Of a DNA stretch of 64,000 bases, positions 37,697-46,146 are shown piece by piece. The position numbers were made by a program, and so were the translations under genes. The stretch is from NCBI GenBank assembly GCA_950097015.1, contig CATNEN010000038.1, positions 21,576,001 through 21,640,000 on the forward strand. The letters run 5' to 3'. How positions within the stretch are numbered: the stretch's first letter is position 1; the number at the start of each line of letters is the position of its first letter. Under the pieces are notes generated by a model. The model ran no database searches and was not told the origin of the DNA. It worked only from the letters and a program-made list of their open reading frames with translations. The DNA is from Macrostomum hystrix (lineage: Eukaryota; Animalia; Platyhelminthes).

Positions 37697-37753
37697 TTAG
37701 GTCCTGTTAGGTCCTGTTAGGTCCTGTTAGGTCCTGTTAGGTCCTGTTAGGTC
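37697..37753. repeat. 10-bp repeat (ttaggtcctg) x5 between convergent genes
   Basis: Direct reading. Confidence 0.9.
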
Positions 37754-38373
37754 TTGTTCATTTTCGCTACTTTCGCCACATGCTGTTTGAACACATTCTC
37801 CAGATCATTTCTTAGCTGGCTCATTTCATCAATGGTATTTAGATTAAGCCTAACTCGCTGCTCATAGAGGTCTTGAATGTTTTTAAACTCATCCTCTGAA
37901 ATGAACTTGTCCTCAATCGCCTTTGAGATGTACCCGATGATAGAGTTTTGAACTGATTTCTCGTTTGTTTGCTTCGCATGTAGATGCTTTAGCTTTTGTC
38001 GTCTGTTCCTTGATAGTACTCCTGTAACTGCTGAAATCAGACCACATGCGGCGCCAGCAACTCCGAGTGGAATGGCGGCGATTGGCGCAGTGATTACAGG
38101 AAGTGTTGAAACAGCAGCTGCTGATCCCGATAGAACAGATACAGATCCAAGAAACATATTAAGGTAATCGAAGACCTTGCACTGGCTATTATAGCGCTTC
38201 AGTTTCTTAGTATTATGATCAATTTGCCGTTCAATATCATCTCGCATCTTTTGAATCTCCACCAATCTGAATTGCTGCGAGTTGCAAGTGAAAGTTGGGT
38301 AAAGGGGTTGTTGTGGGCTTGGGTTGTTTGGAGGCGCACTAGGTTCATATAGAGAGTTAATTTTTTCAGACAT
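37747..38373 (-). CDS. Membrane-hairpin protein with N-terminal PSAP/LYP motifs (possibly the adintovirus 'GasderminX' class)
   Basis: LYEPSAPP..PLYPTF, coiled coil, ~45-aa Gly/Ala-rich hydrophobic hairpin, basic stretch. Confidence 0.7.
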   Translation of the reverse strand: MSEKINSLYEPSAPPNNPSPQQPLYPTFTCNSQQFRLVEIQKMRDDIERQIDHNTKKLKRYNSQCKVFDYLNMFLGSVSVLSGSAAAVSTLPVITAPIAAIPLGVAGAACGLISAVTGVLSRNRRQKLKHLHAKQTNEKSVQNSIIGYISKAIEDKFISEDEFKNIQDLYEQRVRLNLNTIDEMSQLRNDLENVFKQHVAKVAKMNKT

Positions 38374-38407
38374 TTTTTTTCAAACAAAAAAAAATTATAT
38401 AAATTTT

Positions 38408-39136
38408 TTATGACCTTTCTCGCAAATCTGTTGCACGCCTTGCCGCCTCCCTTGATGCCTCTTCTGATGGTCCATCAGATACTCTTGCTTCTTCAATGTC
38501 AATGTCTGGCAGATTGTGCAGTCTCTCTAGTCGGCCGAGTCTTCTTTTCGTTTTCCCCCAGTCGTTGTATATCCTATTCAAATACTCAGTGTGTCTTGTT
38601 ACGTTTAGCCCCATGGGTCTTATTGTTTCCTTTGTTTCATTTGCTAGTCTCTGAAGAGTTGTTATATCTGACTCTGCTGCTGTGAGTCGCGAACTCAATC
38701 TATCATGCACAGTGCTTGATCTTAGCATAAAGGCTTCTAAATTTCGAACTTTATTTGAATTTTCTGTTACTCTTTCTTCCACCAAGTTTGCTCGATTATT
38801 AATGGCAGTTCTCAGAGTGGCGATGTCTGATCTTAGAGTGGCGATGTCTGATCTCAGAGTAGGTATCGCTGCAACAAGAGTATCCCGATCATGAACAAAC
38901 TGTACATATAGTATGTCAATCTCTTCCTTCCGCTTTGCTACGCTCAACCGCAGGTCTTCCATGTTTATTTGTCGTTGGTGTGTTGCCCGTTCTAGGGCTT
39001 TCAATCGATCTTTAATGAGTTTGATTTCTGGAATTTTTTCGTCAACATTTATATAACGCCTGTCAAGGTAAGAAACTTGAGCACTAGTGAGTGTGCTTCC
39101 GCGATCCAACGATTCACCTGCAAAATTAATAGACAT
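38408..39136 (-). CDS. Coiled-coil protein (fibre/stalk-like?), unknown function
   Basis: Heptad pattern, TLRSDIA repeated; AAAAATG start. Confidence 0.7.
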   Translation of the reverse strand: MSINFAGESLDRGSTLTSAQVSYLDRRYINVDEKIPEIKLIKDRLKALERATHQRQINMEDLRLSVAKRKEEIDILYVQFVHDRDTLVAAIPTLRSDIATLRSDIATLRTAINNRANLVEERVTENSNKVRNLEAFMLRSSTVHDRLSSRLTAAESDITTLQRLANETKETIRPMGLNVTRHTEYLNRIYNDWGKTKRRLGRLERLHNLPDIDIEEARVSDGPSEEASREAARRATDLRERS

Positions 39137-39161
39137 TTTTTAATAGAAATTTTAAATTAAT

Positions 39162-39962
39162 TTAAAATACAGTTCTGTTTTCTTTGTTGATCATCACAAA
39201 CTGGTAAGGTTGATTCCACTTGTCATAGCAAAGATTAACGAATTACTCCTGTGAAATCTTTCTGTTGGAGTTTTTTGTTGGATTTACAAAATAGGCAGAC
39301 GCAATGACCTCATTGTAAAATCTTTTTAGCCTGTCCTGTGGAATTGTTGGAAACAGGAGGATCAGATTGCAGCTCCCACGAATTGTTTTGTTCGGGAGCT
39401 CGAACCAGTTCTGGGCAATGTAAATTACGTTACAATTGTTGTGCCGTCCTCTTGTAAAATAGTTTTCTATCTGCTTCTGTGGGCCTGTCATGCAATCATC
39501 AAAGACAATCAAATGTTTTCTCCCCTTTTCTAGCTCATCTGGTTGGGGTAGAAGTTTGGTCTTAGGATCAACCTGCGGATCTCCATAGGTGAACACTTTA
39601 ATGTTCTGCCATTTTTCATTGTCTTTGAGGTACTTTGCATATTCGGCAGCTACAATTTCTGGGTTACTGTGAAGGCTCATTTGGTTATTAAAACATTGAA
39701 TAATGTGTTCTTTGTGCAGTCTGTTTTGAAGTCCAGAGATCAACATTTTATACTCATCTTGATACAGGGTGGGAGAGTAGATGTGCAGAGTGTCATAGTC
39801 GATAAAGCCAGGTCTAAGAAGCATGTTAAAGACTCTGAATGTTTTACCTGAACCTGATGAACCAACAACAATGCATCTGAAGTGACCCGGGATTGACTCA
39901 TGATGAGAAAACTTAATCTGATTACGTGTCCAGTGAGGATTGAAGTCATTTGAAAATTCCAT
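39162..39962 (-). pseudogene. A32/FtsK-like packaging ATPase with an in-frame TAA at 39243-39245
   Basis: GSSGSGKT, LIVFDD, RGRH..IYIAQ; the frame continues after the stop as FVNLCYDKWNQPYQFVMIN. Confidence 0.88.
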
Positions 39963-40005
39963 TTTTCTATGATGAAAAAAAATTAAAAAAAAGTAAATCA
40001 TTTAT

Positions 40006-40132
40006 AAGATGTGTCTTTTTGGGACTTAGATGTGTCTATTTGGGACTTAGATGTGTCTTTTTGGGACTTAGATGTGTCTTTCTGGGACTTAGATGTGTCT
40101 TTTTGGGACTTAGATGTGTCTTTTTGGGACTA
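40006..40132. repeat. 21-bp repeat x6 (agatgtgtctttttgggactt) upstream of the ATPase
   Basis: Direct reading. Confidence 0.9.
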
Positions 40133-40174
40133 GTCTTGTACCCTTACATGTCTTGTACCCTCGAAAAGTACCCT

Positions 40175-40576
40175 TTAGTCAAATTTGAAACCACTTCCTT
40201 TTTTAATGCTAGCTATGCTAGCTCTCATCTTCTCGTAGATTGCGGGGTCCACACTGTCTGGATTCGGGGCCAGCGGAGCCAATGGTGCCAATGGGGCCAA
40301 GGGTGGCTGAATATCTTGTGTTACAGTATCCTTTATCTTTTTAGCCGCAGTGACAACGCTTCCCACTGATTCAGCCACGTTCTTAATATTATCTTTGTTC
40401 TCACTAATGACTTTAAAGACCCGAGCACCCTGTGCAATCATGTCAGCAAGACCATTCCCGGAGCGTTCTTTCCTCGGATAGTGGCCTGCTGGGAAAAGTC
40501 CGGATCCACGCTTAATTAGATTAAGTTCCTCCTTGTCATAGTATTTGTCCACGTCTTTTTCGAAAATAATCAGCAT
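40175..40576 (-). CDS. Putative virion core/membrane-active precursor with G-x-G cleavage motifs
   Basis: KRGSG|LF, RSGNG|LA, KKGSG|FK; amphipathic helix after GNG. Confidence 0.65.
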   Translation of the reverse strand: MLIIFEKDVDKYYDKEELNLIKRGSGLFPAGHYPRKERSGNGLADMIAQGARVFKVISENKDNIKNVAESVGSVVTAAKKIKDTVTQDIQPPLAPLAPLAPLAPNPDSVDPAIYEKMRASIASIKKGSGFKFD

Positions 40577-40593
40577 TTTTATTAGGGAAGAAA

Positions 40594-41787
40594 TTATTTT
40601 TTGTTAAAACGTGAAAGCAGAAGCTCTCTTGCCCGTTTGTCGATATACTTCTTTTCCATCATTTTGTCCAGGATGTTGACAAATTCTTTTCTATTTTCGT
40701 CTCTCATGCCAGTCTTTGCAGCTCCAAGAAGAACAGCCACTCGCTTATAGATGTCAGAAATTCCTGTTCCAGATTTGGATCCTGTTCCAGGTGGGGTTGG
40801 CTGTTGTTGAAATGGGCTTTCAAATGACTGGTCAGTTCCGGATGAAGCTGAAGTGTCAGGTAGGGGTGTGTGCTGGGGTGTGAAAACTTTTTGCTTGATT
40901 CTATTCATTCGGTCTGGGGCGAATTGCTCCAAGTGATGCCACTCTGTTGGGTATTGTTCCTTATATTGAGCTACTTTCATGGGGTCGGACTGCTCGAGTT
41001 GACTCAGCACTTGTTCTTCTGTAAAATGTTGCTGTTGTTGTGGTGGTTGTTCTGGTGATTCGGGTTGTTGTTGTGGTGGTTGCTGTTCTAGATATTTTAT
41101 GGCATCTTCTTGATCTGGCAAACCGAACCATTGTTTAAAATGCTTGTACTTTTTGAATCTAGTCAGGATGACACTTTTGTCATGCATTATTTTCAGAACT
41201 TGTGGGACCTTTAGTATTTCTATATCTCTAGCAAGAGCAAAACTCACTAGATCTCTATAGTTCTTTAGCTGCTTGTCCGAAATTTTCTCTTGGTTCTTAG
41301 TCATAAAATTCAGTAAGGTTTCTGTGTAAATTATTATCTTAGTTTCTGAGCCTTTGACAACAGAAATATGGTTCTTGTTTATGTCGATATAATATTCCAC
41401 TGGTTCATTATAAATGTTTTTTCTCCACATACTTATTCCAAATACATATTTCCCATCATGTTCTACACGTTCTACTGGTCCAAAAATGTTATCCGTTACT
41501 TTTAGTGATTGTGATTGATGCGATTCTGCAGATTGCTGTATCTGCGGTGCTTCTGGAATTTTGTCCAAAGCCTTTTGCACCTGGGTTTCCTGTATGTCGT
41601 CAATAGTTTCTTTGACTTGATCAATATTTTTCTTAGCTTCTCCATACCCGGGTTTATGAAACTCTGTGGCTGCTTGGACAAACTCATTGTAGGATTGTTG
41701 CTCCTTATTGATTAGCCCGGTAACTCTCTTTTCTGCTTGTGCTAGCTTCTCCAATTCAGATATTTGGTGCGCATTTTTTCGCTTCAT
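40594..41787 (-). CDS. Conserved Polinton-type uncharacterised protein (397 aa)
   Basis: C-terminal GTG|ISDIYKRVAVLLGAAKTG..EFVNILD resembles the Polinton 'RL.LL.A...AGN' domain. Confidence 0.7.
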   Translation of the reverse strand: MKRKNAHQISELEKLAQAEKRVTGLINKEQQSYNEFVQAATEFHKPGYGEAKKNIDQVKETIDDIQETQVQKALDKIPEAPQIQQSAESHQSQSLKVTDNIFGPVERVEHDGKYVFGISMWRKNIYNEPVEYYIDINKNHISVVKGSETKIIIYTETLLNFMTKNQEKISDKQLKNYRDLVSFALARDIEILKVPQVLKIMHDKSVILTRFKKYKHFKQWFGLPDQEDAIKYLEQQPPQQQPESPEQPPQQQQHFTEEQVLSQLEQSDPMKVAQYKEQYPTEWHHLEQFAPDRMNRIKQKVFTPQHTPLPDTSASSGTDQSFESPFQQQPTPPGTGSKSGTGISDIYKRVAVLLGAAKTGMRDENRKEFVNILDKMMEKKYIDKRARELLLSRFNKK

Positions 41788-41819
41788 TTTTTATTATATT
41801 TTTTTTTAGTTTAAAAAAA

Positions 41820-43106
41820 ATGAACGACCCACTGACACCAGTTTTCTACAAAATTAACAAGCCTATTTTGAGTGATGATAGCACAATCAAAGCGACTCAA
41901 GTAAGAGTTCCCAGTCAGGAAAATCAGAATGAAACTAATATTGGTCCTGGTCAAACACTGACATTCACCTACAATGGATGTTCGTCTCTGGTTAGTGTGC
42001 ACAGTCTTAAGAGCGGCTTCCATATGACATTTCAATTCAAGACAAAGGGAGGTGCGGATGCAGCTCATGCTAACGTTGACAAGCATGATGCAGATGTGGC
42101 TCTGATTAGTAACTTTTGGGCGTACATGTTCAAGGAGTTTAGTGTATCGAATGGGAGCACAGAGTTGGAGCGAATCGCCAACTTTGGAATTGTCTATGAC
42201 GCTCATTGTTTGATCGAGAATCCAGATTTTATTCAGTTGGGGAGTGGTGCAGGTTTCATTGCAGATGAAAAAGAAGGAGGTATCAATGACAGTGGCTATA
42301 AAAAGAGGAAGAAGAGATACAACTATGCATTGCAAGGTGCTGATGATGCTGCTAAGAACCCGCTGTATCGGTCTGTTGATGTATTCGTACCACTGAGATT
42401 CATGAGTGGATTCTGTAATACATTTAATCGACTGACTAGTAACTTCAGCTACACCTTTAAGATGACTAGAGATGATCGCAGTAGAGTGTTGTGGACTGGG
42501 GCGGACCACACTGGGATGGAAGTGAAGCTAACCGGAATCGAGCTGTATTTGGAAGTCATTGAGCCAAAGACCGCACTAAAAGCAGATTATCTCAAGGCAA
42601 TAGAGAAGGACATTGATGTCGCCTACACGGCCTACATGTGTCGAGATGAGCGAAACGAAACCAGAACAAACATCTGCATTAAAGAGGGATCATGCAGCAA
42701 TCCAAGGTATATTATTATTAACCTGAGAAACCCAAATAACATTATACGCTACATGCATGGAGACGTGCGGTCCATTCAGCATGAAATCAGTGATAATCTT
42801 TACCCTGCACTGCCACAAAATGGAAATTTCAGTCAGAACAAGATTAGCAAATTTTACAGCGAGTTGGTCGACTTGGCTGTGAAAGAGAACAATGGAATTG
42901 CTATCACTGCTCTTCAATATGGAACTCTTTATCCGATGTTTGGCGCTGATGTGTCTGCCAGACAAATGCCTACTGATAACAGCCCTGTGAATATCGTGAC
43001 TAACATTGAGAGGACTGCCGCAACTGCTGTTGACCTGTACATTATCTATGCGTTCGAGAGGAAGGTGAAGCTTAACATGATCAACAATTCATCCAGTAAA
43101 GTTTAA
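41820..43106 (+). CDS. Double jelly-roll major capsid protein (428 aa from ATG 41820)
   Basis: DDSTI N-terminus, VPLRFMSGFC, YPMFGADVS motifs, size, and position next to mCP. Confidence 0.85.
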   Translation: MNDPLTPVFYKINKPILSDDSTIKATQVRVPSQENQNETNIGPGQTLTFTYNGCSSLVSVHSLKSGFHMTFQFKTKGGADAAHANVDKHDADVALISNFWAYMFKEFSVSNGSTELERIANFGIVYDAHCLIENPDFIQLGSGAGFIADEKEGGINDSGYKKRKKRYNYALQGADDAAKNPLYRSVDVFVPLRFMSGFCNTFNRLTSNFSYTFKMTRDDRSRVLWTGADHTGMEVKLTGIELYLEVIEPKTALKADYLKAIEKDIDVAYTAYMCRDERNETRTNICIKEGSCSNPRYIIINLRNPNNIIRYMHGDVRSIQHEISDNLYPALPQNGNFSQNKISKFYSELVDLAVKENNGIAITALQYGTLYPMFGADVSARQMPTDNSPVNIVTNIERTAATAVDLYIIYAFERKVKLNMINNSSSKV

Positions 43107-43131
43107 ATTTTTTTTTTTCGGGGCTAAAAAA

Positions 43132-43947
43132 ATGGAAGCGATTGCTGAAAGACTAAATAATATTATTTCTCACTCTAAGGAGAGCATTCCTATTACAATA
43201 GCTGGGCGAATTAATGACTCAAACGGGATATTTGTTGAAAAATTAGAGCAGGCGATTCGCCTGGATCCAAGTGCTAATTACCATGTATATCTTAACGACT
43301 TCACTGGTTGGTCAAACGTTCCCAATGTGACGGCAGCAAATAATAAGTTTCATTACAAATGGAAAGGTGTAGCAGCAGCAGAAGCTGTGGTATTCCCTGT
43401 GAGCACGCAAAGTGTGGATACCTACAATTACTTTCTAGAAAGTGTTTTTACTAAAAGAGGCCATTTTAAGACACCCAATGCGAGTAAGCCAGAGCAGAAA
43501 CTGTTCCCTGTCAAACTATCCTATGATCTCACTGTAATGAGAGTGGTCATGCAAGTTCACAAAGATGCTGAGGTTGAATTTAAAGATGACACTTGGTATA
43601 GGGAATTGGGATTCGAGAAGAAAGTGTATAAGGCAGAATCCGGGGAAAGCGGCTTGTTCTTAGCACCCAATATCGCAGACATTGTAAAGGGTTTGAATAT
43701 TCTAATCAGAAGTAATCTCAGTCTTGATTGGGTGTTTAAGGGAAAGCGAACGAATATTTTGTACAACATCTCAAACTCTGTTGCTGGAGGACAGATGCTG
43801 GTAGAGAAACCAAATCCAGTGAAAAGAGTTGTGCTAAGTAATAAGGAGATTCACGAGATTGTGCTGCAGTTTGAGACGGAAGATGGTGTTGGCGTTGATT
43901 TCAACGGTGAAGAGTTTGTATTGACGTTGGTCATTGAGAGAATGTAA
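43132..43947 (+). CDS. Minor capsid (penton) protein
   Basis: IRLD...Y.VYL...SNVPNVT..NNKFHY and C-terminal VDFNGE.F.LTL.I patterns. Confidence 0.85.
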   Translation: MEAIAERLNNIISHSKESIPITIAGRINDSNGIFVEKLEQAIRLDPSANYHVYLNDFTGWSNVPNVTAANNKFHYKWKGVAAAEAVVFPVSTQSVDTYNYFLESVFTKRGHFKTPNASKPEQKLFPVKLSYDLTVMRVVMQVHKDAEVEFKDDTWYRELGFEKKVYKAESGESGLFLAPNIADIVKGLNILIRSNLSLDWVFKGKRTNILYNISNSVAGGQMLVEKPNPVKRVVLSNKEIHEIVLQFETEDGVGVDFNGEEFVLTLVIERM

Positions 43948-44553
43948 GCTGCTTAATGATTTCTGCAAAGTTATAGTAGCTGTCATAGTCCTTTATGGTT
44001 ACTCCATACTTATGAAACCAGTGTCTTTAGAGAGCTAGATTAATATTAGGGACGTTGATATCGACGTTGGGCCAATATTTTCTCATGTACTCGCTGCATT
44101 CTTGTTTGCATCGGTATTTACTCTTGTAATTAGGCTCATGACTTTTGTAATAAGATCCTGGAGAGACGATTGGGAGCATTTTTAATGAGAATTAAATTTT
44201 TTTTCGGAGGATGAGCACCCTAAGTTTGGGGTCTTGAGTTTGGGGATTGGGATTTTAGTGCTAATTTGATTGTCTTGGCACGCTTTTTGCAGGTTCACTA
44301 TTTTGGGCATGATCTCTTAGGGAGTGGTTTGTGCATTATGGAGGCTGCGATAATTTTTTTTGTCCCAGATATGCAACTCACAAACTGATGAGGGATGTTA
44401 AAAGTAGAGAATTTAGAATATAGAGACGGAGTTTTTTAGAGAGAGGCGGGGACCCTTTTTTCCTGATCTCTTCGGGAATAATAAAAGTAATGGTTTGTGG
44501 ATAATGGAGGCTGCGATTATTTTTGTCCTAGAAGCCCCCTCATGCATACTACT
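43947..44553 (-). repeat. Polinton right TIR (607 bp)
   Basis: Inverted copy of 29208-29893; begins at the last base of the penton stop codon. Confidence 0.93.
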
Positions 44554-45106
44554 TTTTGCGGATCCATATTCTGAATCCGTATTGTGGCATTCCACCTGAA
44601 GGTAAAGTTAGGTTGCTCTTGTCTTTTGAATTTGTTGTGACGCAGCCCTCACCTCTGTCCTATCATTTTCATCTCTTTCTCATTCCCTGCCCCGCCAGTC
44701 AGCTAGCGTGCCCCCCACCCCAGTTCATATGTATCGATCGCCCCAGCCTACCCCTAATTGTTGAATGTACATCTCACCCGCCTTGCGCGCTCTCTTACCC
44801 CACCCCCTGTTTGCTTTGTCGCTAAAGCCCGGAGTTCTGTGGTGCCAACCTAGCTATATAGTTGTGCCCAGTTAATTAGAGCCTGCTAACCTCGTCTGCC
44901 CACCTGTTACGAGACTGTCTATTTTAGTGCAAACAAAACCGACCGGCTACTAACTGTTGCATCAGCCGAGATACTGTTATTCTGTTGTTGTTTCTCTGTC
45001 ATTCCTCCGGACGCGGGTCGAGCGGCGCTTTTCTGGGGACCTGGGGAGTCGCAGCTTACCCAACCTAGCTGTAGGCCTACCTGCACATTTAGTGAACCAC
45101 AACAAC

Positions 45107-45125
45107 TGGTGCCGTGACCAGGATT
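45107..45125 (+). promoter_or_regulatory. Primer-binding site complementary to tRNA-His
   Basis: TGGTGCCGTGACCAGGATT just after the LTR. Confidence 0.85.
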
Positions 45126-45213
45126 TCAGTTAGTGTCGCCCCGTGTCGAGATTCTGTCTTCGTCTAGTCCGTTTGGTACATTAACTCTATTAGTTACTTA
45201 GAAGTACGTTATC

Positions 45214-46146
45214 ATGGCTTTAGACAATCTGATCGATGCCCTGACGGCAAGGATCCAGGAGCAGCTGCATGTTGCCCAGCGTGTTCCCCGTCCTAACAAG
45301 TATGTCCCAACTCAGGACTTTGCCCTGTGGAGGCAGCAATTTGACACTTATTGTGAGGCCGCCCGGATCCCCGAGGATCAGCGGAAGCAAAACTTGCTCG
45401 ATTTGCTTGACTTTGGCACGGCATTTAAGGCAGTGGCCAACCTCGAGCTAGACGAAGATTTAGAGTACGATGACTTCGTTGCTCAGCTCGAGGCTCGCTT
45501 TACTCAGAATCGCACAGCCCAGGACTACAAGACAGAGTTTCAGGGCAGGAATCAGGGAGATGGGGAAGCTCTGGAGGATTACGCTGACGCTCTCAGAGAG
45601 CTCATGCGCAAGTCTTATCCAACCCAACGCGTCGAACAGAGAGATGAGCTGGCGAAGGACCGATTTTTGAAGGGCATCCGGGTTCCAGAGAGGGTGCTTG
45701 AAAATGTCTTGCTGCAGGACCCCGGCACGCTGCAGGCTGCTGTCCAGCGTGTGCGCCAGACCCTGGCTTCAATGAAACTGCTGGACGGAAAGCGCTCTGT
45801 CCACGCTGTGAACAGTCAGGCAGAGAGCCAAGTAGCTAGCATGGCTGCTGAGATTGCTGGCTTGAAGGAGGAGCTTGCGCAGCTGAAGCGGGGAGGGGCA
45901 TTGACCCAAACAGCTCAGTCGGACCCGCCGCCGAGACAAGCCGCAGCTGCTCGCACCGACAGGTCGTGCGGTCGGTGCCTTCAGTCGGGACACTCGACTG
46001 CGGAATGCAGAAACTCGGTGGTTTGCCTCGCCTGCGGTCAGTCAGGTCACACTCGCGCCCGGTGCCAGGGTCGTCAGGCTGGACCGGTGCAGGGAAACGG
46101 GATGAGGGCCCGGCCGGGCCAGCGTCCTGGGCCCTACCGACAGTAA
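45214..46146 (+). CDS. gag: Gag with two CCHC zinc knuckles
   Basis: CGRCLQSGHSTAEC and CLACGQSGHTRARC; intact, 310 aa. Confidence 0.9.
   Translation: MALDNLIDALTARIQEQLHVAQRVPRPNKYVPTQDFALWRQQFDTYCEAARIPEDQRKQNLLDLLDFGTAFKAVANLELDEDLEYDDFVAQLEARFTQNRTAQDYKTEFQGRNQGDGEALEDYADALRELMRKSYPTQRVEQRDELAKDRFLKGIRVPERVLENVLLQDPGTLQAAVQRVRQTLASMKLLDGKRSVHAVNSQAESQVASMAAEIAGLKEELAQLKRGGALTQTAQSDPPPRQAAAARTDRSCGRCLQSGHSTAECRNSVVCLACGQSGHTRARCQGRQAGPVQGNGMRARPGQRPGPYRQ
46092..46135 (+). promoter_or_regulatory. -1 ribosomal frameshift signal
   Basis: G GGA AAC heptamer in the gag frame, 6-nt spacer, AGGGCCCGG/CTGGGCCCT stem; the -1 frame is the protease ORF. Confidence 0.8.

Larger units (their letters stand above)
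29208..44553. mobile_element. Full-length Polinton/Maverick (adintovirus-type) endogenous virus, 15,346 bp
   Basis: 5'-AGTAGT...ACTACT-3' ends; TSD TTTTGC at 29202-29207 and 44554-44559; long TIRs; pPolB, integrase, adenain, ATPase, MCP and mCP. Confidence 0.97.

Noticed and set aside
41811-42509. 232-aa antisense ORF within MCP
   Set aside because: No ATG context or recognisable motif; likely a shadow of the coding strand
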